Of a stretch of 64,000 nucleotides of DNA, positions 10,632 to 19,651 are shown piece by piece (within the stretch, counting starts at the first letter, position 1; the number at the start of each line of letters is the position of its first letter). The notes beneath the pieces were generated by a model. That model was not told where the DNA came from and did no database searches. It was given only the letters and a program-made list of their open reading frames with translations. The position numbers and the translations under genes were made by a program. The DNA is from Paracoccaceae bacterium (GTDB lineage Bacteria > Pseudomonadota > Alphaproteobacteria > Rhodobacterales > Rhodobacteraceae). Location of the stretch: the NCBI GenBank assembly GCA_041594355.1, contig JBFHMM010000001.1:5872-69871 (forward strand), given 5' to 3'.

Positions 10632-10802
10632 ATGAGCGACGATCTCGTATACGCCATTTTCAAGGAAATTGCCGTTTTGGAAGGCAAACGCACCCCGGAC
10701 GGTGAGTGGACGATTGAAGATGCAAACGAGGTGACGCGGTTGCTGACCCGCGCCTTTGCAGCAGTGCGACGGGCATCGACCCCCAGGGATGCCGACGCAT
10801 AA
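10632..10802 (+). CDS. 56-aa microprotein, unrecognised family (copy 1)
   Basis: MSDDLVYAIFKEIAVLEGKRTPDGEWTIEDANEVTRLLTRAFAAVRRASTPRDADA. AGGA RBS upstream. Homologous to 27029..27199 and to the C-terminus of 10889..11755. Confidence 0.85.
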   Translation: MSDDLVYAIFKEIAVLEGKRTPDGEWTIEDANEVTRLLTRAFAAVRRASTPRDADA

Positions 10803-10888
10803 GTCTCGTTCATCCAGATAGCCGAGCCTGGCAGTGTTTTTACATGCCAGGCTCTTTTGCCGTTCAATAACAGGCGCCGGTGGATGCG

Positions 10889-11755
10889 ATGTTGGTCAGT
10901 CATCAATACAAGTTCATTTTTTTGAAACCGGGTAAAACCGCGGGAACTTCGGTCGAAGTTTTCCTGGAGCCATTGTGTGCGGCGCCGGGGCACGTGTCGG
11001 CGCATGTCACGCCAACCATGGAAAGCCGCTTCGGTATTATTGGTGAGCGCGCGTCGGATCCGGATAGGAGCGGATTCTATAATCACATCCTGCCCTTCGA
11101 GTTGAAGCCCAAACTGGGAGACGAGGTTTGGAACAGCTATACGAAAGTTGCTACGGTCCGAAACCCATTTGACCGGGTCGTCTCGGCCTTTCACCACTTC
11201 AAGCTGGCGCTGGAAAAAAACGGAGCCCTGAGCCGAGACGAGGTCATCCGGAAATTCCGGGAGTGGATCGCGGAGTACAACATCAAGTCTCTCCAGATAT
11301 CGTCTTATGCGCAAATCGACGGGGAGCCATGTTTGGACTTCTTGATCAGATACGAAACCCTTGAGGACGACGTCCGCAGCCTTCTTAAGCGCCTCGGTGT
11401 CCTGCGTTCGTCTTTGGGGGATGTGCCCCGGCTCAAGACGGAATTTCGCAAGGGTGGCATTCCGCTGACCGACTACTTCGATGAAGAGACCAGGCAACGT
11501 GTTGTGGATAGCATGGTCAAGGACTTCGAACTTCTGGGTTACAGTGACCAGGTCGAAGATGCTGAGGCGGCCCGCTGCCGCCCTCAGGTGCCCAGTAGAA
11601 CGGATCTGGAACTGTCGGTGTTTACCGAATTGGCCGTTGCGACGGGGAGCAGAACGGTTGGCGGGGTTTGGACATCTGAAGATCTTGGGGCGCTCCAGAC
11701 CTTGCTTACAAGATCATTCCGGATGGTGAGGCGGGAGAAGGACAGAAACTTCTGA
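10889..11755 (+). CDS. Sulfotransferase (family 2-like) with C-terminal microprotein-like domain
   Basis: 5'-PSB FLKPGKTAGTS, 3'-PB VRNPFDRVVSAF, IRYETL, DFELLGY, then an extra ~60-aa tail. Confidence 0.85.
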   Translation: MLVSHQYKFIFLKPGKTAGTSVEVFLEPLCAAPGHVSAHVTPTMESRFGIIGERASDPDRSGFYNHILPFELKPKLGDEVWNSYTKVATVRNPFDRVVSAFHHFKLALEKNGALSRDEVIRKFREWIAEYNIKSLQISSYAQIDGEPCLDFLIRYETLEDDVRSLLKRLGVLRSSLGDVPRLKTEFRKGGIPLTDYFDEETRQRVVDSMVKDFELLGYSDQVEDAEAARCRPQVPSRTDLELSVFTELAVATGSRTVGGVWTSEDLGALQTLLTRSFRMVRREKDRNF

Positions 11756-11823
11756 CCAAGTTCACATCCGGCGGCAACCTGATTGAATGGTCCGGATGTT
11801 CAGCAACATTTTGAGAGGTCAAC

Positions 11824-12621
11824 ATGACAGTTGTTATTGCCCACGGTCAACCGAAGTCCGGCAGTACGTTTCTTTACATGACGGCGATGGAAATTGCGCA
11901 GAACGTGAACAGCGAGGAATTCTATACCTACAAGAACCGTGTGCTTGGTGAAGATTTTCCGACATTCGTAGATGAAATTACGGCGGATTTCGTGCTGGAT
12001 CTGGATAACAGAATCCCGAGGCACCAGATGTTCATCATCAAGACCCATGGCGAGCTGAGCGAGGATCTTGCCGCGATCATCGCCCGGGGCCAGGTCAAGG
12101 CTTTCACCTCGTTTCGGGATCTGAGGGATACGGCGCTGTCGACCCTGGACGTCGCGGTCAAAGACCGAGAAATCGGCGATGCGAGATACTTCGCGAAATA
12201 CAACGAGATCGAGCAATTGCGAAACGCGATCCCCTGGCAGTGGAACGCCGTGTCGCCCTGGGTCCGGTGCCCGGGCGTGTTTGCAAACCCCTACTACATG
12301 ACGGCGCTGTCCCAATCGACTTGTGTCGGGCTTTTGGCGCGTTACCTTGGCGCGGGTTACATGTCCAATACGCTTGCCGCTGAAATGGACGCGAAGCGTA
12401 CCAGCCTGCCTGAGTACAACAAGGGTGTGTTGGACCGGTTTGTCAGCGAGTTGAGCCCCAACGCGATTCAATTCGCCAACGAAACCTGGGCTGCTGAAAT
12501 TGCAGAATACAATGCTCTTCTCGAAACCAAGATGGCGGAACTGGGTCATGCCATGGCCTGCCATTATTACATGCGTATGCGCGATGCAAAGATTACCGAA
12601 CGCCTTGCCGAGGCTGCCTAG
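11824..12621 (+). CDS. Sulfotransferase-fold (P-loop) protein
   Basis: GQPKSGSTFL, IIKTH, FRDLRDTALS. Confidence 0.7.
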   Translation: MTVVIAHGQPKSGSTFLYMTAMEIAQNVNSEEFYTYKNRVLGEDFPTFVDEITADFVLDLDNRIPRHQMFIIKTHGELSEDLAAIIARGQVKAFTSFRDLRDTALSTLDVAVKDREIGDARYFAKYNEIEQLRNAIPWQWNAVSPWVRCPGVFANPYYMTALSQSTCVGLLARYLGAGYMSNTLAAEMDAKRTSLPEYNKGVLDRFVSELSPNAIQFANETWAAEIAEYNALLETKMAELGHAMACHYYMRMRDAKITERLAEAA

Positions 12622-12741
12622 TTTCGCGGCAAGATGACGGGTGACGCGTAAGTTTGGAAGGCTGAAGGCAAGGCCGTCTGCCCCGTGCATCCGATGTGAT
12701 GCTAGATTGTGTGAGGTGCCTTTGCTCTTGGAGTTGCCGAA

Positions 12742-15534
12742 ATGTTTTTGGATTTGAAGCTAGGCGAACAGTTCGAAAATCTAGACATACCAGATTCCGT
12801 ACGGGATCTCGCGGCGAGCGGTGAACCGTTCAGGACGCGCTTTGCAAAGATCGGGGACCTGTCCCTGTCGGTAGGGGAGCAGGAAAAGATCCGCAAGACT
12901 GCCGTCCAATTGACCGATCAGGCGAACTTGAGGCTTGCCGTCGTGCTGTGGGGCATGCTGCATCACCTGACGCCGACGAATGTCAATTATCTGCGCCGCA
13001 TTGTGCAATGCATCGTGGGGGTCTCCAATCCCGGTGTCTTCGCCGACTGCCTGTCCGACGGATGTCTGACCGAGGAGATTTGGAAGGACTGCGGCAACAG
13101 CCTGAACCATGCGATTCGGGTCAGCCTGGAGACGGAGGCGGACGACCGGCACGCGCTGCTCAAGACCCTGCTGCTGAGCAAGGCCGACAACACGCAGATC
13201 GCGCTCAACATGCTCAAACCTCTGCCGTCCAGGATGGTCGATGACTTCATGGAGGTCTGCCTGCGGGACGAGACCGTGCTGGAGGACCGGAAACAGATCC
13301 GGATCCTGTGCCGGCTAACCGAGCGGGCGGGCCATCCGAAGGCGGCGGCCCGCGCTTTCCCGCTCACCATCGGCGACAAGCAGAAGATGACGTTTCACCA
13401 GGCGCTGCTTGGCGGGCGGATCGCCGCGCAGACCGGCGACATCGAGAAGCTGGAGCATTTCAAGGTTCTTTGCCGCGCCGCTGCCCGGGAGACCCCGGAC
13501 CAAGCCCGCGAGTCGGCGATCTATCACCTGCTGTTCTTCGATTCGAGCGATGACAAGGCCATCGATACTGCGGTCGAGGTGATCAGCGACACGCTGGATC
13601 GCAAGGATCTGAACATGTCGCTGTTCTGGATTTACCTGGAAACCATCCTGAAGAAGAAAAAGGGTGGCGTATTGCTGGACAGGATCGCGCTGCGGGTGAG
13701 CGATGCGGCCATGGCCGAAAAGATCGCCATCCTTGCGGATGTCGTCAACGGCAAGGCGACGACGGAACGGGTTCTGAAAAGTTGCGTGGACGGGTTGTGG
13801 GATGATCCCAACACCGCCGGCCGGCTGATCTCGCGGATGGTCGGGCAGATCGACAACGAGGCAGAGTTGATCAGGGCGCTGGATATCCTGGGCAGCCTGG
13901 ATCCCACGTCGATGAAGATTCTCCGTTCCCATAGCCAGCAGTGGCGCGAAGGCGGCAAATACGAGCTGGCTGCGCATGGCTGGCGCGCGCTGGTGCGGGT
14001 CAATCCGCGCGACGACTGGGGCCGGGTCAACGCGATCTACTGTTTCCAGGTGCAGGGCGCGCTGGAGGCCGCGCGGGCGCTGACCGATGACTGGAACCTG
14101 GAGGCCTGCAGCGAGATCGTTCTGATTCACGCGGCGGCGTCGTTTGCCCGGGTAGGGCTTTCGGAGAAGGCGCGGGAGCTGTTCCTGCAGGCCGACGCGG
14201 CCTTGCGCGACGGGGTCGACTCGCTTCCCGAGGTGCACCGCCAGGCCCTTGCGCGGGGGCTGATCCTCTATGGTGAACTGGAGCGCGCCACGGCCTATGT
14301 TCCACCGCGTAAAAATCGGGGTGCACACCGCCCGGATCCCTCGCCGATCGTTCTGCTGGACCCCGGGCACACCGACAGCTCGGGTCACCACGCCAATTAC
14401 AACATCTTCTTTTCCGATTTCGTGCTGGAACATGACGGCGTGCGGCCGGAGATCCTGATCGGGCAGAAAACCCCGGGCACGGCGCTGGAAGGGCACGACG
14501 TGTTCCCTGCGGTGGTCTTCGAGCCCTATGTCTACAATGACTACAGTCTGGGCGCCGCCGAAATCGCCGGATTGAACGCGTCCTTCCGGCAGGAACTGAC
14601 CACGCTGTTCCAGGATCATGTGCCGGACACGCTGATCATGCATTCGATGCGGGCGATCATGCTCAGGGGTTTCGTGCAATGGCTCGAAGATCTAGGCGAC
14701 CGGCGTCCGCGCAGGCTGGCAATCGGCCTGATCGAGGCGGATCACCTGGCCGATGCGGAGTTGTCCGAAGTCTATTCCCAAGCTCTCAGCGACCCGCTGT
14801 CCAACCTCGGGCAGATGCATGTTGAGACGTTGATCCTGTTTGCCGAAACCACCTTTGCGGTGGATTGGCTGCAACAGCACGCGCCCGGGATCACGGTACA
14901 CAAGTTCCCCTATCTGGCGGCGGGCCGCGCGGCGCAGGCGGCCACCGGGTTCGATACGCTGCGTGCCGCGACCCCGGTCTTTGGCATCCTGGGGGCCACC
15001 CGCAAGGAGCGCGGGTTCAACCCGATCTTCCAGGCGATCCTGCAGGAAGGCGCCGCCGCGCCGCATTGGCATTTCCAGGTCGACGACCGGGCGGTGGGGC
15101 GGTTCGGCGACGATACCGCCGACCTGCTCGGGCAGATCGAGACCCGGATCGAGGCCGGGGAGCTTGACCAGGTCGACATCCTCAAGGGCTTCCTGTCGGA
15201 CGAGGAATATTACGGCGCCTTCGGGCGGCTGAACTGCCTGGTGTTGCCCTATTCGGGGCGCTATGCGGTGTCTGGATCCGGGGTGCTTTACGAGGCGGTC
15301 TACAGCCGCAAGTATCTGATCATTTCCGAAGGTTCGACGCTGGCGATCGAACTGGCGGAAATCGGCTATCCACACCGCACTGTCGACGTCGACGATCCCG
15401 AGACGATCCGGCGGGCGGTGGCAGAGACCGCGGCGGCCTGGCCTGCCATCGTGGATGAGCTGGAGACCTATTTCGCGGGCGCGCCGAAACTGCCGCTGGA
15501 AGGGTTCCGCGGGCTTTATACCGGTGCCGGGTAA
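12742..15534 (+). CDS. Helical/TPR-like N-terminus + GT-B (GT4-like) glycosyltransferase
   Basis: C-terminal LLDPGHTDSSGHHANY, GATRKERGF, LPYSGRYAVSGSGVLYEA. TPR-like helices around residues 390-520. Confidence 0.7.
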   Translation: MFLDLKLGEQFENLDIPDSVRDLAASGEPFRTRFAKIGDLSLSVGEQEKIRKTAVQLTDQANLRLAVVLWGMLHHLTPTNVNYLRRIVQCIVGVSNPGVFADCLSDGCLTEEIWKDCGNSLNHAIRVSLETEADDRHALLKTLLLSKADNTQIALNMLKPLPSRMVDDFMEVCLRDETVLEDRKQIRILCRLTERAGHPKAAARAFPLTIGDKQKMTFHQALLGGRIAAQTGDIEKLEHFKVLCRAAARETPDQARESAIYHLLFFDSSDDKAIDTAVEVISDTLDRKDLNMSLFWIYLETILKKKKGGVLLDRIALRVSDAAMAEKIAILADVVNGKATTERVLKSCVDGLWDDPNTAGRLISRMVGQIDNEAELIRALDILGSLDPTSMKILRSHSQQWREGGKYELAAHGWRALVRVNPRDDWGRVNAIYCFQVQGALEAARALTDDWNLEACSEIVLIHAAASFARVGLSEKARELFLQADAALRDGVDSLPEVHRQALARGLILYGELERATAYVPPRKNRGAHRPDPSPIVLLDPGHTDSSGHHANYNIFFSDFVLEHDGVRPEILIGQKTPGTALEGHDVFPAVVFEPYVYNDYSLGAAEIAGLNASFRQELTTLFQDHVPDTLIMHSMRAIMLRGFVQWLEDLGDRRPRRLAIGLIEADHLADAELSEVYSQALSDPLSNLGQMHVETLILFAETTFAVDWLQQHAPGITVHKFPYLAAGRAAQAATGFDTLRAATPVFGILGATRKERGFNPIFQAILQEGAAAPHWHFQVDDRAVGRFGDDTADLLGQIETRIEAGELDQVDILKGFLSDEEYYGAFGRLNCLVLPYSGRYAVSGSGVLYEAVYSRKYLIISEGSTLAIELAEIGYPHRTVDVDDPETIRRAVAETAAAWPAIVDELETYFAGAPKLPLEGFRGLYTGAG

Positions 15535-15568
15535 GGGCACTCCCGGGGTGCAAGAGCGGAGCCGGGTG

Positions 15569-16270
15569 CTACCGGGTTGGCTTGACCCGGGGATCGTCGA
15601 GATATTTCAGCGGCATGAAGAAGATATCGCACTGCAGCAGCCCCGTCCCGGGATCTTCGGGATTGACCAGAACGTCTGCTGTCGGCCGTCCGAAGGCCAA
15701 CCCGGAAATCGAGTGCACGAAGAAGCCGTGCGCGTGCATGAAGCTGGCCAGATCCAGGAACTTGCGGCGGTTCATCTCGAGCACCACCACATCGCAGGAT
15801 TTCAGGGTCTCGACCGCGCCTTCCAGCACCAGTGACTCGGCTCCATCGACGTCGACTTTCAGGAAGAAGGGTCCCTTCAGTCCGCGTTCGGCAAGGAAGG
15901 TATCCAGCTTTATTGTTTTGACGACAGATACCGAGCCAGGCGATTTCGCGGAGTCGGAGATCATTCGCCCGTGTGACGGCAACTCTATGTCGGTTGTCTT
16001 GTGTTCGGCAACGAATTCGGTTTCCCCGTCTTCATTGCTGCAGGCACATTCGACAAGTTCATAGTCAAGTTCGGCATAGTTGTTGCGGATTGTCTCGTAC
16101 CATTCGGACATCGGTTCGAACAGGAACTGCCTGGACTTTGGAAACTGGCTTTTCAGAAAAGGCGTTTCTGCACGAATGCCCACATCCAGGATGGTGTTGA
16201 ATGTCAGCCCCGCCTGTCTGAGCTGCCAGACAACCTGGCCGGGGTTTGTGCTTTTTGAAATCCTTGACAT
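15569..16270 (-). CDS. FkbM-family methyltransferase
   Basis: ILDVG, FEP, KLDTF, FLKVDVDGAESLVLEGA, QCDIFF. GAGGAG RBS before ATG 16270. Confidence 0.88.
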   Translation of the reverse strand: MSRISKSTNPGQVVWQLRQAGLTFNTILDVGIRAETPFLKSQFPKSRQFLFEPMSEWYETIRNNYAELDYELVECACSNEDGETEFVAEHKTTDIELPSHGRMISDSAKSPGSVSVVKTIKLDTFLAERGLKGPFFLKVDVDGAESLVLEGAVETLKSCDVVVLEMNRRKFLDLASFMHAHGFFVHSISGLAFGRPTADVLVNPEDPGTGLLQCDIFFMPLKYLDDPRVKPTR

Positions 16271-16640
16271 GAAATCCACTCCTCAAATGATTTTGCCACG
16301 ACCCGGTCAATATTGTGTGGTCGGTGTTACCCTACCACGAAAGAGGCGTGACCTCGCCATCGCCAAGGGGTGTCGGCGGTTCATCGCGTGTTCCGTGAAG
16401 GCGGATGGTTGTTTTTGCGGCATCCCGAAAATTTCCCCGAACGGGTGACAACAAGTCCCTTGCCACCTTTTGTCCTGTCGGCATACACCAGGTTCCGGAT
16501 AGATGACGCGCACCGGTCAACGCCCTCATTGTGGGCAGACCGCCGGGGCATCAGACCAAGATGTGTGGGAAAGGGCTGAAAGTCGTTTCCTGCAATTTGT
16601 ATAATTTAGGGTGCCTGGCACTCGTTAGACGGAAGAACTC

Positions 16641-17705
16641 ATGAAAAAAGCACTTATTTCCGGCGTCACTGGTCAAGACGGCGCTTATCTTGCCGAATTG
16701 CTGCTGGCCAAGGGATACGAAGTTCATGGCATCAAGCGCCGGTCCTCATCGTTCAACTCGGCCCGGATCGACCACCTGTACCAGGACCCGCATGAGACCG
16801 GCACGGTGTTCAAGCTGCACTACGGCGATTTGACGGACTCCACCAACCTGATCCGCCTGATCCAGGAAGTGCAGCCCGACGAGATTTACAACCTGGCCGC
16901 CCAGTCCCACGTGCAGGTCAGCTTCGAGACCCCCGAATACACCGCCAACGCCGATGGTATCGGTACCCTGCGGATGCTGGAGGCGATCCGCATCCTGGGC
17001 ATGGAGAAGACCACCCGGTTCTACCAGGCCTCGACCTCGGAGCTCTATGGTCTGGTGCAGGCGGTGCCGCAGTCGGAGACCACGCCCTTCTACCCGCGCT
17101 CGCCCTATGCGGCGGCGAAGCTCTATGCCTACTGGATCACGGTGAACTACCGCGAGGCCTATGGCATGCATGCCTCTAACGGCATCCTGTTCAACCACGA
17201 AAGCCCGCTGCGCGGCGAGACCTTCGTGACCCGCAAGATCACCCGCGCGGTGGCGGCGATTTCGCTGGGCCTGCAGGACCGGATCTACCTCGGCAACCTC
17301 GACGCACAGCGCGACTGGGGCCACGCCCGCGACTATGTCGAGGGCATGTGGCGCATCCTGCAGCAGGACGAGGCGGACGATTACGTGCTGGCGACCGGCG
17401 AAACCCATACCGTGCGTAGTTTTGTCGAGGCCGCCTTTGCCGAGGTCGATATCAAGGTCGAATGGAAGGGCGAAGGCGTCGACGAGATCGGCTACGAGGC
17501 GGGTACCGACCGGGTGCTGGTGTCGATCGATCCGCGCTACTTCCGCCCCACCGAGGTGGACCTGCTGATCGGCGATCCGACCAAGGCGAAGGAAAAGCTC
17601 GGCTGGACCCATACCGCCAGCCTGGCCGAGATGGTGGCCGAGATGGTTCGCTCCGACATCGACGTCGTGCAGCGTGAAAAGGATCGCAAAGACCGGCATG
17701 GCTGA
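16641..17705 (+). CDS. gmd: GDP-mannose 4,6-dehydratase
   Basis: [59 protein letters not shown]. Confidence 0.98.
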   Translation: MKKALISGVTGQDGAYLAELLLAKGYEVHGIKRRSSSFNSARIDHLYQDPHETGTVFKLHYGDLTDSTNLIRLIQEVQPDEIYNLAAQSHVQVSFETPEYTANADGIGTLRMLEAIRILGMEKTTRFYQASTSELYGLVQAVPQSETTPFYPRSPYAAAKLYAYWITVNYREAYGMHASNGILFNHESPLRGETFVTRKITRAVAAISLGLQDRIYLGNLDAQRDWGHARDYVEGMWRILQQDEADDYVLATGETHTVRSFVEAAFAEVDIKVEWKGEGVDEIGYEAGTDRVLVSIDPRYFRPTEVDLLIGDPTKAKEKLGWTHTASLAEMVAEMVRSDIDVVQREKDRKDRHG

Positions 17706-18540
17706 GCAGGGCGTTTCAGGCGCGGCGGCGCACGGGGCGGAAGATCTACAGACGATCCGGACCGTGCACCATTTTGCCGCGTCTGGCGGGACCATCATGT
17801 CCCGGGCCCTGGCCGCGCAGCCCGATACCGTGCTGCTGAGCGAGATCACTCCGGTGGTGGGTGCTTATGGCTTCAACCGTTTCGATCCCGTGCAGCAGTT
17901 CCTTGCGGGGCCGCTGCGCGACGATCCGGAACGGTTTCTGGACCCCGACAGAACGCCCTATGACCTGAGCCTCGAGGTCTTTGCCGACCGCCTGCACTGG
18001 CTTTTGGCGCAGACCTCGGAGGCCGGTTGCCGGCTGGTGTTGCGCGATCATGCCCACAGCGACTTTATCGCGCTGAACCGCGGTCGCAGCGGGTTGCGCG
18101 ATGTGATCCGGCGGGCCCAGATCCCGGTGCGCTCGATCGTGACGCTGCGCCATCCGATGGACAGCTACTATCCTGCCAAAAAACGGGGTTGGACCAAGAT
18201 GCTGAGCGGGGGGTTCGACGAATACTGCCAGCGTCTGACCGGCATGCTGGAGATTTTCGACGCGCCGGTATTCCTATACGAGGATTTCTGCCTGCGGCCG
18301 CGCGAGGTGACCGAACAGATGTGCGCGGCACTGAACCTGCCGTTTGATCCCGGTTTCCAGGCCCGGCTGAAAGATATCGGTCTGACCGGGAACTCTGGGC
18401 GCAAGGCGGACGAGATTGCGCCGCGCCCGCGGCTGCACATTCCCAGAGGATTGATCAAGGAAGCCAGGGAAAGCGAATCCTACCAGGCGCTGGAAGCCCG
18501 TTTCTGGCCCGGCGATACACTTCTAGAACAAAAAAAATGA
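17698..18540 (+). CDS. Sulfotransferase-fold protein
   Basis: [15 protein letters not shown] (variant PSB), [17 protein letters not shown]. Start overlaps the gmd end. Confidence 0.72.
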   Translation: MAEQGVSGAAAHGAEDLQTIRTVHHFAASGGTIMSRALAAQPDTVLLSEITPVVGAYGFNRFDPVQQFLAGPLRDDPERFLDPDRTPYDLSLEVFADRLHWLLAQTSEAGCRLVLRDHAHSDFIALNRGRSGLRDVIRRAQIPVRSIVTLRHPMDSYYPAKKRGWTKMLSGGFDEYCQRLTGMLEIFDAPVFLYEDFCLRPREVTEQMCAALNLPFDPGFQARLKDIGLTGNSGRKADEIAPRPRLHIPRGLIKEARESESYQALEARFWPGDTLLEQKK

Positions 18541-18603
18541 CGATGCAGGCCCGCCCGGCCGGAGCGGGAACAGACCGGGTGCCTGCAAAATGGAGAAAAC
18601 GAC

Positions 18604-19542
18604 ATGACATACGATCTGAATGGAAAGCGCGTCTGGGTGGCCGGTCACCGCGGCATGGTGGGCGGCGCGGTGGTGCGACGGCTGGGTGATGAACCCTGCG
18701 AGGTGATCACCGCCGGGCGCGACGTGGTCGACCTGGTCAGCCAGCAGGCGGTGGCCGACTGGATGGCGGCGGAAAAACCCGATGCGGTGGTGCTGTGCGC
18801 GGCGCGGGTCGGCGGCATCCATGCCAACAACTCCTACCCGGTGGATTTCCTCTATGACAACCTGATGATCGAGGCCAATATCATCCATGCCGCCCATGCG
18901 GTCGGCGTGGAAAAGCTGTTGTTCCTTGGATCCTCCTGCATCTACCCGAAATTCGCCGAACAGCCGATCACCGAGGATGCGCTGCTGACCGGGGCGCTGG
19001 AGCCCACCAACGAATGGTATGCGATCGCCAAGATCGCCGGTATCAAGCTGTGCCAGGCCTATCGCAAGCAATACGGTGCCGATTTCATCTCGGCCCAGCC
19101 CACTAACCTCTATGGGCCGGGCGACAATTACGATCTGCAGTCCAGCCACGTGCTGCCGGCGCTTTTGCGCAAGTTCCACGAGGCGAAGGAAGCCGGCGCA
19201 CCCTCGGTCGAGCTTTGGGGATCGGGTACGCCGCTCAGGGAATTCCTGCACGTGGACGATCTGGCCGATGCGCTGGTCTTTCTGTTAAAGGAATATTCGG
19301 ACGAGATTCCGCTGAACGTCGGTTCCGGGGTCGAGGTCACCATCCGCGAACTGGCCGAAACCATCGCCGAGGTGGTCGGCTACGAGGCCGAGTTGACCTT
19401 TGACGCGACCAAGCCCGACGGCACCCCACGCAAGCTGATGGACAGCGGCCGTTTGCACGCCCTGGGCTGGAACAACGCGCGCTCTCTCAAGGAGGGCGTG
19501 GCACATGCCTATGCAGCCTATCTGGAAACGCTGCAGGGCTGA
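18604..19542 (+). CDS. fcl: GDP-L-fucose synthase
   Basis: [52 protein letters not shown]. Confidence 0.97.
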   Translation: MTYDLNGKRVWVAGHRGMVGGAVVRRLGDEPCEVITAGRDVVDLVSQQAVADWMAAEKPDAVVLCAARVGGIHANNSYPVDFLYDNLMIEANIIHAAHAVGVEKLLFLGSSCIYPKFAEQPITEDALLTGALEPTNEWYAIAKIAGIKLCQAYRKQYGADFISAQPTNLYGPGDNYDLQSSHVLPALLRKFHEAKEAGAPSVELWGSGTPLREFLHVDDLADALVFLLKEYSDEIPLNVGSGVEVTIRELAETIAEVVGYEAELTFDATKPDGTPRKLMDSGRLHALGWNNARSLKEGVAHAYAAYLETLQG

Positions 19543-19651
19543 GCCCGAACCGCGTGGATCGGCGGCGCCCGGGCGGGGCGGTTGTCAGTCTCGCGCCGGA
19601 CGACCGAAATTGGCACGGATAGTGGTGCACCATTTTAAGGACGCGGCAGCC

